Below, piece after piece: positions 33,701 through 42,281 of a stretch of 64,000 nucleotides of DNA. This DNA comes from an uncultured Bacteroidales bacterium (GTDB taxonomy: Bacteria; Bacteroidota; Bacteroidia; Bacteroidales; WCHB1-69), in NCBI GenBank assembly GCA_946624065.1, contig CAMORT010000004.1, positions 5,142 through 69,141 on the forward strand, given 5' to 3'. Below the pieces are notes generated by a model. It did not search any database. It was not told the DNA's origin and saw only the letters and a list, made by a program, of their open reading frames with translations. The position numbers and the translations under genes were made by a program. Numbering within the stretch: the stretch's first letter is position 1; the number at the start of each line of letters is the position of its first letter.

Positions 33701-36700
33701 AGCAGTAATAGAAGGTACGGCAGGCGTAATAATGTCACCCGCACATGCAACTACATCAGCAGGTTTAGCAACAATCGGTTTTTGACCAACGAAGAATACT
33801 ACATCAGCTGTCTTCACGCCGCAATTACCAGCAGCCGTAGAGGTAATAGTCACAGTAACGTTGCCAACTGCAACAGGAGTAACAGTAATGTCTACACTTG
33901 AACCGCTGTTAGGGACAACATCCACAGAGACCTTAGTGTTATTAGCAGTAGCAGTAATTGTATTACCTTCATTCATGTTAACAGTAAATGTGTATGCACC
34001 ACCGGCGATACAAAGCGTATCATTTGTAGTAGGAAGAACCAGATTTGCTGTATCATTAACCACGATAGAGACCGGATTAGAAGCAATAGCGCTACCGCAA
34101 TCGTAACCGACATTAGCAACCAATTCTTTACCATTATCAGAAGCGGTAAGAGGAGTACCAAGCGTATAAGGAGCACCTCCTAATGTGTAATTAGTGTCGA
34201 CAACACCAGCAGTCGTATTGTGTGTGATGGTAATGTCAGTCAACTCAATAGCTTCACCAGCACAGAAGGTCTTAGCAGGAACTGCCAGAGCCAAGGTAGG
34301 AGCAACTACAGTATGAACTGTGAGTTCTACAGCATCAGATACTGAAGTACCACAATGGTTTTTAGCTACATATTCAATGTGTTGTCCATTGTGAGCTGAT
34401 TCAATAGTCGTAACTATTGTGTGAGTTTCGTAAATTTCCCAATAAGTAGAGCGACCAAGTGAAGAACTCTCGTCATTCCATGCTGTGACAGTACCTGTAA
34501 GTGTCGGTTCGACAGGGCTGCCTGCACAGAACTCAGGCGTACCGGAAACAGTGACAACAGGCAGGGAATCAACGAACAACTGGCCAACTAATTGGTAAAT
34601 GGTATCGCAAGAGTTCTCAGCAAATGCATATACATACTTGTGATTCATTCTTCTCTCAACAGGAGCAGTGTAATCAAATGCTTCATCGTGAGTAATATCA
34701 AAATCAGCTTCAACATTGCTGTCAGACAACTTCATGCCAAAGGTGTTCGCATATTCAGCAGTCATGGTAACAGGAACATTATCACCGTGGCAATATTGTG
34801 TAAGAGCACCAGTAACTGTAAGCGTAGGATTAGCATTGATAGTTACATTCTTTGTAACAATACTGTCACAACCGTTTGCTGCAGCAAATGTATCGATAAT
34901 AGTGTAGGTGTTAGTTCCAGTAGGATCGAATACATAGCTGTAAACAGTACCATTCTGGCAAGTATAATCGAATGTGCCGCAAGAAGCAGTATCAACAGTA
35001 ACGGTAGGAACAGGCAATGTGTAAACATTGGCAGCTGTGTAGCCAGCGGTACAACCGTTGTGGTCTTGTACCCAAACACAGTATGATGTGGGCTGATCCG
35101 GATTAGGAGTCAGTGAGTATGCAGGCACAACGAAGGTAGCGTGGTTGGTATCAACATGACCATTTTGCCAGATGATAGAATCGAAACCAGGATCAACGAT
35201 ACCGAAGGTGAATTCCTGATTTTCACAGTTGTGGAAATTCGGAGTCGGACGGTTCGGGTCGCCAGCAAGAGGAGTCAAACTACCAGAGGTCAAATGGATA
35301 GAAGGACCAGAAGCCAAGAAGTGGATTACAGGCAATGTGTCAACACATACATAGAAGGAGTCAACATTAGCACAACCTGTTTGTTCACCAGTAGCTTTAA
35401 CATAATACCAGCAGCAGAATGTCTCGTCGGTGTAAACATCAACCTCTGCGGTGTTGGAACTAGCGTGAGCGCAAACAGAAGTCCACTCATAGTTGAATGT
35501 GGTATCGCAATTCACATTAGGAGTAGCTGTAGCGGTCAACTTGCCACCATCCTGACCATAGCAGAAGTAGTAGTCACCATGGAGATTATGACCAGTAGAA
35601 CTAATGGAAATAACAGGTGCACAATCGTTAATTGTAGAAATCGGAATTACAAATGAAGTGTCGCAACCGGTAGTGTTATCGGTAATGGTAATAGTGTAGT
35701 TACCAGCACCCAGACCAGTCCAGGCATCACCCGTAATAGCAGCAGTGTAGTTAACATCGGTGTTGTCAACAACATACTTCACAGAATTCAAAGTGATAGC
35801 ACCATTGTAAAGTGCAGGGTCACAAGCTGTGTTGTTGGTGACAGTGTAATCAATATTCATCAACAACTCTTCAAGCTCAATAGTAATGTTTCTATTGGAA
35901 AGAGTATCGAACACGCAGAGGAATGCGCTGTCAATAACGATAATCTCATAAGCACCCGCAGGCAAATTGCTGATAGTAGTGCCGTTAGGATAAACGGTTG
36001 CGCCACCATCGATGGTGAAGAAGAGTTGAGAATCGTAATTGTCAGAAACAGCGTTAACGGTGAGTGTACCACTACCTGTACCAACGCAATTGTGATCAGG
36101 CGTGATAACCGGTGTCATAGTGATATGAACAGGCTCAAACGGTACAGTCAAAGTATCGTGCCATTCACAACCGGTAACATTGTCGATAATTTCAACATAG
36201 TAATCGTTATCGGACAAAGCACACCATTTGTAGCTCGGTCTGTCAATATCATGATCCATCCAAGCACCAGGCAGAGTCAAATGGAATGTGTAGTTATGGA
36301 TAGCGTCATCGTGAGGATAATCAACATAGATACAACCAGTACCCGGCAAATTCAGCGTGCTATCGCAACTGTGGTTAGGAGTGATAGTGAAGTGCGGGGT
36401 AATGAATGCGCTGTCAACAACTCTGATAGCAACAGGGTTAGAAGCACAATGCAAAGCAGAAATAGCATAGGTCACATACAAACCACTGTCAAGTTGAGTG
36501 AAAGCACCCGTTGCATTAGAATCCATAAACAGAACACCAGGAGCCGGACTAGTAACTACATAATAAGTAGCTGGGACAAGACTGTCCATAGAAACTATGA
36601 TAGAACCATTCTTGGGCTCAATACACATGATATTCGGAGTGGATACAGCGGAAATGTGAGGATAATAAGGATCCAAAACGATATTGGTATCGATCGGATA

Positions 36701-39700
36701 CTCACAATTGGTTGTATTATTGATAGCTAAAACAGTGTAGTTACCAGAATTCAGATTCGTGAATACATCAACAGTGTCGGGATTCATCGGATCGGAAAGA
36801 TCAATCAACTTGTAAGTGTAAGCACTGCTCGGGTTGTTCACGGTGATAGAACCAGTACCAAGTTCGGAACAATCGTGATCCGGAGTAAGCGTTACGGTAT
36901 AAGTGTAAGGAGGTTTAACGGTGAATACGGTAACATTCGTGTCGTTATCGCACTTGAAGGTGGAATGAATCTTATGAATGTTGTATGTACCGTCAGCAAG
37001 TTGAGTATAATCAGAAGGAAGAATGGTATCGCCAGTAGCAACATCCGTAATAATGTAGTCGTAATTAGCAGCGCGGCTGATACCGATCTGGTTGTTAGGA
37101 ACAGTACAATTGTTACCATTAACCGTCGTGATCTCACCAGGAGCGAAGGTCACTTCAACAGGTTGCTCAAGAATGATATAATCATAAGAAGCGGTACAAT
37201 GGTGATCATCAACAACAACAAGCGTATAGGTATCATGCGGCAGGTTGTTGAATTCAATGGTAGAACCAGGACCAGCAATTTGAGTACCATAACCAGCGAT
37301 GGTGTAAGTGTAACCAACATGAGTGTTAGCGCTCGTAATGGTAAGTGAACCATTAGCACCTACGCCATAGCAGAAGTTATCAGCATGAAGATCAGCAATC
37401 GGTTTTTGCGGACCAGGTGTGTTGGAATACATGTGGAAATTCTGATAGAAGTGGCAATCACCAGAAGAAACGATGTGGATCACATAGTCGCCTTCAGAAA
37501 GACCAGCATAAGTCAAAGTACCATTGTTACCCGGTTTAAGAATACCGTTTACTGTGTATGTGTAAGTAGGATTGGTATTGTAGATGTAGAGAACACCATT
37601 AGGTGTCACACAATCCGTAACCGTGTCAATAGCGATTTGATGTACACGCGGGGTGTCAGTCTGGTTGAGAACGGTAACAGGACCAGCGATGAAATGACAA
37701 TGTTTCGGAGAGTAGATGTGTACACGATAGTTGTCTTGATACAACCAGTTGAACATAAGAGGAGTAATCACATCAGCCAAACCAGTTTGGGTTTCGCCAT
37801 CCGTCACATGAGTGTCACTAACGATTTGATATACATAATTCTCAACCTGAGGAATAACTTGAACTGTGCCGGAATAAGGCGGTTCACAACGATAATTGTG
37901 ATGCAAAACAGCAAGTTGGAAGTTATTCGGATCAGTTGTGTCAGTCACAACATTAGTCGTGAATTGACCAGAACAACCATCAGAAGTATAAACGGTGAAG
38001 GTGTAGTTACCAGCTTTGAGATCGGTGTAAGTATAAGTGAGAGGACGATAAGGAGCGTAGATGTCGCCGCTCATAGAGTAACCAACGATATGGGCTGTAG
38101 AGTCATTCAAAACATTGATGCTAACAGTACCGTCGCCTTCGATGTCACCACAATAGGTGTTCGGAGTCTTAACGAATTCGAAGTCAGCAGCAACCGGATT
38201 ACGATAAACAGTGGGTTCGAAAACGAAGCTGTTAGAACAACCGAGTTCGTCAGAAACGGTAAGTGTGTAAGTGTGGTTAGCATAAGTAGCAACAACATCA
38301 GCAGTAGGAGTGGTCACATTGGTTGACCAGTTGTATTGGATTGCACCAACAGCATTGATGATGGTCGGTGTCAAAGTAGTAGCCATCGGCTCACAGAGAG
38401 AATCAGGATTTGCGGTAATCTCAATGATCTTGATGGTATTCTCAGGCAATCTGACAAGAATCTGATGATCTGCATCAGGTCCGCAAGGAGTAGCAATGTG
38501 AATGTTCACGATAGTATCATGATTAACATAGATGCCAGGAGTAACATCCTGTGTGAATGTCATCTCACTTACTGTAAAGCAGTTGTCAGAAACAGTATTC
38601 GGATTGAAGTAAAGGTTATTGCCTACGAAATCAGGAATTTGGATTTCACAAGGACGACCCGGAACGAGCGGTTGAATGAGGGTGTCAATAGCTGTAACGA
38701 TAGGAGCTTCACCATCAAAACCATGGATGGTGTAAGTAGCTGTAGCAGAGCAGTTCTTCAAGTTCGTACCTGTAAGGATTACGGTGTAAGCCGTGTCACA
38801 GTTTTCGCAAGCCAGCTTGAACAAGTTGGTTGTGGTATAAGGATTCAAACTGATAGCGGCACCTTCCCAGAACCAACCAAGGTTTTGATAACCAGGGATG
38901 GAGTCAGGCAGGTTGGATTGACCGTTAGCCACAACATAGAAGTTACCATAGTTAGGACATACGGTATCGCCATCGTTGTGAGGATAACCGGCATTCTCAG
39001 GATGGTCGGTGATGAAAACATTAGGCAAACGATAGAAGTGGATTGCATTAGCGGTATCGGAAGCAACGCAACCATAAACATCGGTAACCGTCATCACGAA
39101 GTGGGTAGAGGTGTTGATCATCTGGTCAACAGGAGAAACCACTGCTTCAAGATAGTTGTTAGAATCCGGAGCAATAATGGACTGGCCTACCACAGAAATT
39201 TGTGACCATTGATATTCATAAGGACGACCTGCATTGATGACGAAGTTGTCATTGAAATGCATGTTCGTGTTGGTATCGGCACAGAGTTCAAGAGTGTCAA
39301 GTGTGATGGCACCATGAACAATATACATAGGAGCGGGTTCATGAATTTGGAAGACAGGAGTCTTGACAGAAGAATTGCCGCAAACATCCGTTACAACAGC
39401 ATAGATGGTAACCAGGTCGGTATCAGCAAAGATATCAAGATTGCCGTCAGCCACAACATTGGTGTTTTCAAGATAGAAAACAACCGTGTCGATAGTGGTT
39501 TCAGGACAATGATAAATCACATGGATAGCGGTGTCGAAGATAGCGCGCAAGGTTGCATAGTCAGGAGCATTCTCCTTACAGTCATTGTGCAACGGACGAA
39601 CAGGATCAACATCAACCATACCTTGGATAATCGGTTTGAAATCATTGTTGATAGTGAAGATTTGAACGATAGGATTGGAGAGGTTGCCGCAAGCATCGCG

Positions 39701-41926
39701 AGCAACATAAGTACGAGTTACAATAGTTTGGCAAACTGTATGAACAGGAACATCCGTATATAATAATGTATCAACATTGGAACAAACGTCGGTGATGGTT
39801 CCAACTTCGGCGAATTGGGCAACGGTGTAAGGAGCCGGAACATCGCTGGAGTCGCAACCGCTCAGGGTCGTTGTCTTATTTCCTAATGTGTCAAATGTGC
39901 CAACTGTAGTTGTCCAAGCGATAACAGGATTCTGAATATCTCTTGCGGTAACCGTGAAGGTACGAACGGTATCGTTGTGACATCCCACATAAGAGACAGC
40001 AGCCACAACAACCTTATATGTATCAACATGGTTACAGATAGTAGAAGCGTTAACGGTATAGTTCGGAGTAGTTACTGTGGTGAGCAGCACATTGTTCTTA
40101 TACCAAGCATAAGTCACGGTAGGAGCATTGCCGTTGTATTCAGGTTCCACAGAAGTGATGTTGCTGTTCATGGTAACCTCAGCACCCGGACATACAACAA
40201 AGTCGAGTTGAGTATTCTCAACGACGAACTCAGGAGTCTGCCACAATTGAATTGTCACAGAATCGTAACCAACGGAATAAGTACCGGTGTTCTCATTATA
40301 AGCATAGAGGTAATAGGTGATTCTGAAGTCGGTGTTCTCAGGATTCAAAGCCGTGAGATCAACATACATGGTGTCACCGGATACCACGAAATAACTTGAG
40401 CTGTGAGTAGGAAGAGCCATATCATCTTCCGTGTACCATCTGATTTCTGTAGAACATTCATCAAGTTCATTCAAGTGAGCGGTCAGTCTGAGCGGAGAAT
40501 TAGCGCTCAGCACCTCGTTACAGAAATAATAGGTATGGTCACCATTAATGATCGGCGGGAAGAGGTCTCTCACATTCACATTGACGGTATCAATATCGCC
40601 ACCGCAACCGATGGTGTCTCCCGTAAGGGCATCATAATAGAAATTGTATTGACGAGCATAGAAGGTATAAACACCTGCCACAACCGTCATGTTGTTCAAA
40701 GAGGTGAGTCTTGACATGTCGGTAACCCAAGTCACACCGTTCTCTGACCATTGAATCTCATGTCCGAGGATGCCAGGCGCATCAAGATCAACTTCTTTTA
40801 CAAGGCCAAGCAAATCAGCAGCGGTGAAATTCTCGTCACGGCAGAGGTTGGTATCGCGAGCCACGATATCGGGGTTGATACGGGCATAGAGTTGGAAGGT
40901 GTCGATGGAATCAACTTTCCAGTGGTCGCACTCATAAGTACCGAAGAGCACATAGTAGAGATCATCGGTGCCGTTTGCAGGATAGAAATCATACAAGGTG
41001 GAGTCGTTGGGGCCCCAAACTTGACCACGGCCATAAGGGAATGGTGGATCGTCTTCGCAAATGGATTTCTCATGAGAGGTGGTAATGAGATAGTGCAGGG
41101 AGTCTTGAGCAAGAATCACACCACAGCAGCTCTGGTGACCACCGATATACATGGAAGGATCTTGTGAACCATCATAAGTGAAGGTATAATCCGTACCGCC
41201 TAAACGTTGACGAAGACGGACTACTAAAGAATAATTACCAACTTGTTTCCAAGTGATACGAATCTGAGTGGAGGATTGGTCGGAAGCGAGGAAAGGAAGA
41301 TAGAAGTAGTCAAAGTTGTTCGTGTACATCACATTCGTATAACCTGCAGCGAGATGTCCCATGTCATGGAACGGAGGAGTAAGTGCATTTGCGATACGAG
41401 CACCCGGGAAGTCATTGTGACCGTCAGTATTGCCGCAGTGATAATAATCATTATGATCATTACATGCAATGCTACAACCACAAATACCGTCACCGTTTTC
41501 AACGATACCGCCAAGCCAGTCAATATTCTGACATTCACCGGCAGCGTTCAACGTTGCATAACGCGTGTAAATGGCAAAGTCAGCATAGTCTGACAGATTA
41601 CCATTCACCAACTGACCATCACGGTAAAGCAACCATTCAATGGACACTTTGTCTCCACAGTTGGCTCCCGTGGGGAAGTGAATGGTGTAAACGTCAGTGT
41701 TTCCAACATAGGCCCTGTTCAGAACATTGTTCAGCACGAGGTCCATGCCAGCACTGGTGTCTTGAGCAATACCAGTACCATCCAGGTTGGCAATATGCGG
41801 GAATGTCTCCGGCTGCATATTCTCAACCCAAAAACAGCACTGATTACTACTTTGCGCTTGAGCTGTTATGAAGCTCATCATCGTAAGCAAGACGCTTAGA
41901 ATGCAAATTGATAATAGTTTTTTCAT
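30710..41926 (-). CDS. Giant (3738 aa) secreted repeat adhesin with SprB-like repeats, Ig-like Cys-containing modules and a C-terminal T9SS sorting domain
   Basis: The signal peptide is MKKLLSICILSVLLTMMSFITAQA. There are dozens of C-x-x-x-G-(S/T)-(I/L)...Y-x-Y-type repeats. The T9SS CTD is VKLYPNPTTDKVNVRIEG...GVYVLQIVSDDAVISRKLVITK. Confidence 0.9.
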   Translation of the reverse strand: MKKLLSICILSVLLTMMSFITAQAQSSNQCCFWVENMQPETFPHIANLDGTGIAQDTSAGMDLVLNNVLNRAYVGNTDVYTIHFPTGANCGDKVSIEWLLYRDGQLVNGNLSDYADFAIYTRYATLNAAGECQNIDWLGGIVENGDGICGCSIACNDHNDYYHCGNTDGHNDFPGARIANALTPPFHDMGHLAAGYTNVMYTNNFDYFYLPFLASDQSSTQIRITWKQVGNYSLVVRLRQRLGGTDYTFTYDGSQDPSMYIGGHQSCCGVILAQDSLHYLITTSHEKSICEDDPPFPYGRGQVWGPNDSTLYDFYPANGTDDLYYVLFGTYECDHWKVDSIDTFQLYARINPDIVARDTNLCRDENFTAADLLGLVKEVDLDAPGILGHEIQWSENGVTWVTDMSRLTSLNNMTVVAGVYTFYARQYNFYYDALTGDTIGCGGDIDTVNVNVRDLFPPIINGDHTYYFCNEVLSANSPLRLTAHLNELDECSTEIRWYTEDDMALPTHSSSYFVVSGDTMYVDLTALNPENTDFRITYYLYAYNENTGTYSVGYDSVTIQLWQTPEFVVENTQLDFVVCPGAEVTMNSNITSVEPEYNGNAPTVTYAWYKNNVLLTTVTTPNYTVNASTICNHVDTYKVVVAAVSYVGCHNDTVRTFTVTARDIQNPVIAWTTTVGTFDTLGNKTTTLSGCDSSDVPAPYTVAQFAEVGTITDVCSNVDTLLYTDVPVHTVCQTIVTRTYVARDACGNLSNPIVQIFTINNDFKPIIQGMVDVDPVRPLHNDCKENAPDYATLRAIFDTAIHVIYHCPETTIDTVVFYLENTNVVADGNLDIFADTDLVTIYAVVTDVCGNSSVKTPVFQIHEPAPMYIVHGAITLDTLELCADTNTNMHFNDNFVINAGRPYEYQWSQISVVGQSIIAPDSNNYLEAVVSPVDQMINTSTHFVMTVTDVYGCVASDTANAIHFYRLPNVFITDHPENAGYPHNDGDTVCPNYGNFYVVANGQSNLPDSIPGYQNLGWFWEGAAISLNPYTTTNLFKLACENCDTAYTVILTGTNLKNCSATATYTIHGFDGEAPIVTAIDTLIQPLVPGRPCEIQIPDFVGNNLYFNPNTVSDNCFTVSEMTFTQDVTPGIYVNHDTIVNIHIATPCGPDADHQILVRLPENTIKIIEITANPDSLCEPMATTLTPTIINAVGAIQYNWSTNVTTPTADVVATYANHTYTLTVSDELGCSNSFVFEPTVYRNPVAADFEFVKTPNTYCGDIEGDGTVSINVLNDSTAHIVGYSMSGDIYAPYRPLTYTYTDLKAGNYTFTVYTSDGCSGQFTTNVVTDTTDPNNFQLAVLHHNYRCEPPYSGTVQVIPQVENYVYQIVSDTHVTDGETQTGLADVITPLMFNWLYQDNYRVHIYSPKHCHFIAGPVTVLNQTDTPRVHQIAIDTVTDCVTPNGVLYIYNTNPTYTYTVNGILKPGNNGTLTYAGLSEGDYVIHIVSSGDCHFYQNFHMYSNTPGPQKPIADLHADNFCYGVGANGSLTITSANTHVGYTYTIAGYGTQIAGPGSTIEFNNLPHDTYTLVVVDDHHCTASYDYIILEQPVEVTFAPGEITTVNGNNCTVPNNQIGISRAANYDYIITDVATGDTILPSDYTQLADGTYNIHKIHSTFKCDNDTNVTVFTVKPPYTYTVTLTPDHDCSELGTGSITVNNPSSAYTYKLIDLSDPMNPDTVDVFTNLNSGNYTVLAINNTTNCEYPIDTNIVLDPYYPHISAVSTPNIMCIEPKNGSIIVSMDSLVPATYYVVTSPAPGVLFMDSNATGAFTQLDSGLYVTYAISALHCASNPVAIRVVDSAFITPHFTITPNHSCDSTLNLPGTGCIYVDYPHDDAIHNYTFHLTLPGAWMDHDIDRPSYKWCALSDNDYYVEIIDNVTGCEWHDTLTVPFEPVHITMTPVITPDHNCVGTGSGTLTVNAVSDNYDSQLFFTIDGGATVYPNGTTISNLPAGAYEIIVIDSAFLCVFDTLSNRNITIELEELLMNIDYTVTNNTACDPALYNGAITLNSVKYVVDNTDVNYTAAITGDAWTGLGAGNYTITITDNTTGCDTSFVIPISTINDCAPVISISSTGHNLHGDYYFCYGQDGGKLTATATPNVNCDTTFNYEWTSVCAHASSNTAEVDVYTDETFCCWYYVKATGEQTGCANVDSFYVCVDTLPVIHFLASGPSIHLTSGSLTPLAGDPNRPTPNFHNCENQEFTFGIVDPGFDSIIWQNGHVDTNHATFVVPAYSLTPNPDQPTSYCVWVQDHNGCTAGYTAANVYTLPVPTVTVDTASCGTFDYTCQNGTVYSYVFDPTGTNTYTIIDTFAAANGCDSIVTKNVTINANPTLTVTGALTQYCHGDNVPVTMTAEYANTFGMKLSDSNVEADFDITHDEAFDYTAPVERRMNHKYVYAFAENSCDTIYQLVGQLFVDSLPVVTVSGTPEFCAGSPVEPTLTGTVTAWNDESSSLGRSTYWEIYETHTIVTTIESAHNGQHIEYVAKNHCGTSVSDAVELTVHTVVAPTLALAVPAKTFCAGEAIELTDITITHNTTAGVVDTNYTLGGAPYTLGTPLTASDNGKELVANVGYDCGSAIASNPVSIVVNDTANLVLPTTNDTLCIAGGAYTFTVNMNEGNTITATANNTKVSVDVVPNSGSSVDITVTPVAVGNVTVTITSTAAGNCGVKTADVVFFVGQKPIVAKPADVVACAGDIITPAVPSITANGIIRKQGWRIGGSDVDLTVTHMTTAMNGAQLTYYVENFCGETVSDPAILTVNDTADLFVAHTISSDDTLCVGSTFAITDILVNPTNVLSYTVTPAGAITFTKSGDEHVAPGASLTLTGVAAENVTVTITSTDLCGAPKSITIPFVVSEPATIAAIAAPAAVCEGEVLALTAPTITDNGNSNIHAQGWEVKKTGETAFSAFDPTTPMTHAHDGADLRYMVENACGTVYSNVVTITVNDTAKLTAPANATQTVCNNSAIANIVMTTNKPLALSTELTNAGLTVSGNTISGTVSIPSTETFPYSLTGTVSTVSTDCPAYDKTETITITVTEKPVVTLTAPDVVCDGDDISSTYTVVDNGSAITSQGYEISTSTAMLGYYTAWTAAPKATIADHDHYIYYSATNNCGTTTSDTFQLKVAGHATVVIDPSMFRDTCANNPFSDFLIGEPTVTLATDATVAVDTLWLKKEGANYTAIEPTTAIADPTSVVCVVVTECFRDTSNVVALAFDKAPEFANSTPFTTANFTVCEGTPFTDPGLTVGDDNTYDIIANTDGAVTLTWTIDGVAMDFTTAYDHASFDGKDVKLVVSNDCGSVEYSVPAVIRELPVPEMLKDTTVCADPANTFTLSVANENSTSTYEWFGSDNATVATTATATLPAGIVDTVMTFYVVETDKYGCISQNRINVSPDTIASDVITVKVTSKPAFIFTDMAGTVTHDINSSINNSTTAYKWTVDTKCYTDMDTKVFVNFYIYHDGVLIPASEISQYLTTPTTTINGVDHSWNTNQYVEFTSGDGTSTRTDYAFYTTMVNHYPHSNLSGAAYDFDWLYLHFVSSRFFTNTMAQFLQTGDYEIHYELYATDGSEINYYYKDGGVTQKIGGHNYVGATLLTSDVFTIHVDDGPAYDNTEAPEIPEVLNISDEPTVKLYPNPTTDKVNVRIEGMSGNAVVKITTLTGKTVAQKSINIASKSVVEHFDVSEFTPGVYVLQIVSDDAVISRKLVITK
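31900..34600 (-). repeat. Tandem divergent protein modules inside the adhesin gene, each ending in an N-x-C-G-(T/S/E)...S-x-x-x-x-(L/I)-(T/K)-V motif
   Basis: Recurrent segments are YVAKNHCGTSVSDAVELTV, VGYDCGSAIASNPVSIVV, YYVENFCGETVSDPAILTV, YMVENACGTVYSNVVTITV, YYSATNNCGTTTSDTFQLKV and VVSNDCGSVEYSVPAVI. They are spaced roughly 90-185 aa apart. The coordinates are approximate. Confidence 0.5.
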
Positions 41927-42029
41927 ACTTGTATTTTTTGATTGTTATAAATTATTTATTCTTTTTTCCCTTATTTATCTGTATTTGAGATTCATAGATT
42001 ACAATACACTATACTAAACTTTCAACCTG

Positions 42030-42037
42030 CAAAAATA
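42030..42037 (-). promoter_or_regulatory. Candidate -7 box (TATTTTTG on the minus strand) for the giant adhesin gene
   Basis: The plus-strand sequence is CAAAAATA, about 105 nt upstream of the ATG at 41926. It is embedded in a 20-mer identical to the tRNA-Gln promoter region. Confidence 0.5.
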
Positions 42038-42221
42038 CATTTTTTTTTCATTCTTATTCTTTCTGTATTTTTTTTTTATTATTTTTTTTACGGCCACCAC
42101 TATTTAATAGTTACAAAAACTTTAATATCTCATTTGTTTTTTTAGAATATTGATTTAAGAATCAAAACATTACATTAAATATAAACGGCAAAGTTATGAA
42201 CAATTATATAATAATAAAATT

Positions 42222-42249
42222 GTCGGGACTATTATACTAAAGCCCCGAC
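42222..42249 (-). terminator. Possible terminator after the OmpA-family gene
   Basis: GTCGGGAC (42222-42229) pairs with GCCCCGAC (42242-42249) with one mismatch. On the minus strand it is followed by an A/T-rich run (AATTTTATTATT). Confidence 0.35.
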
Positions 42250-42281
42250 TTTTAAAGGAAAACGACTGTATTTGGTTGTTT

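Noticed and set aside
30761-41871. Dozens of + strand ORFs (for example 30761-31660, 36026-36730, 37385-38326, 38336-39205) and short minus-frame ORFs inside the giant adhesin gene
   Set aside because: They are shadow ORFs produced by the biased codon composition of an 11-kb repeat gene. None has independent start or promoter context or a recognisable motif.
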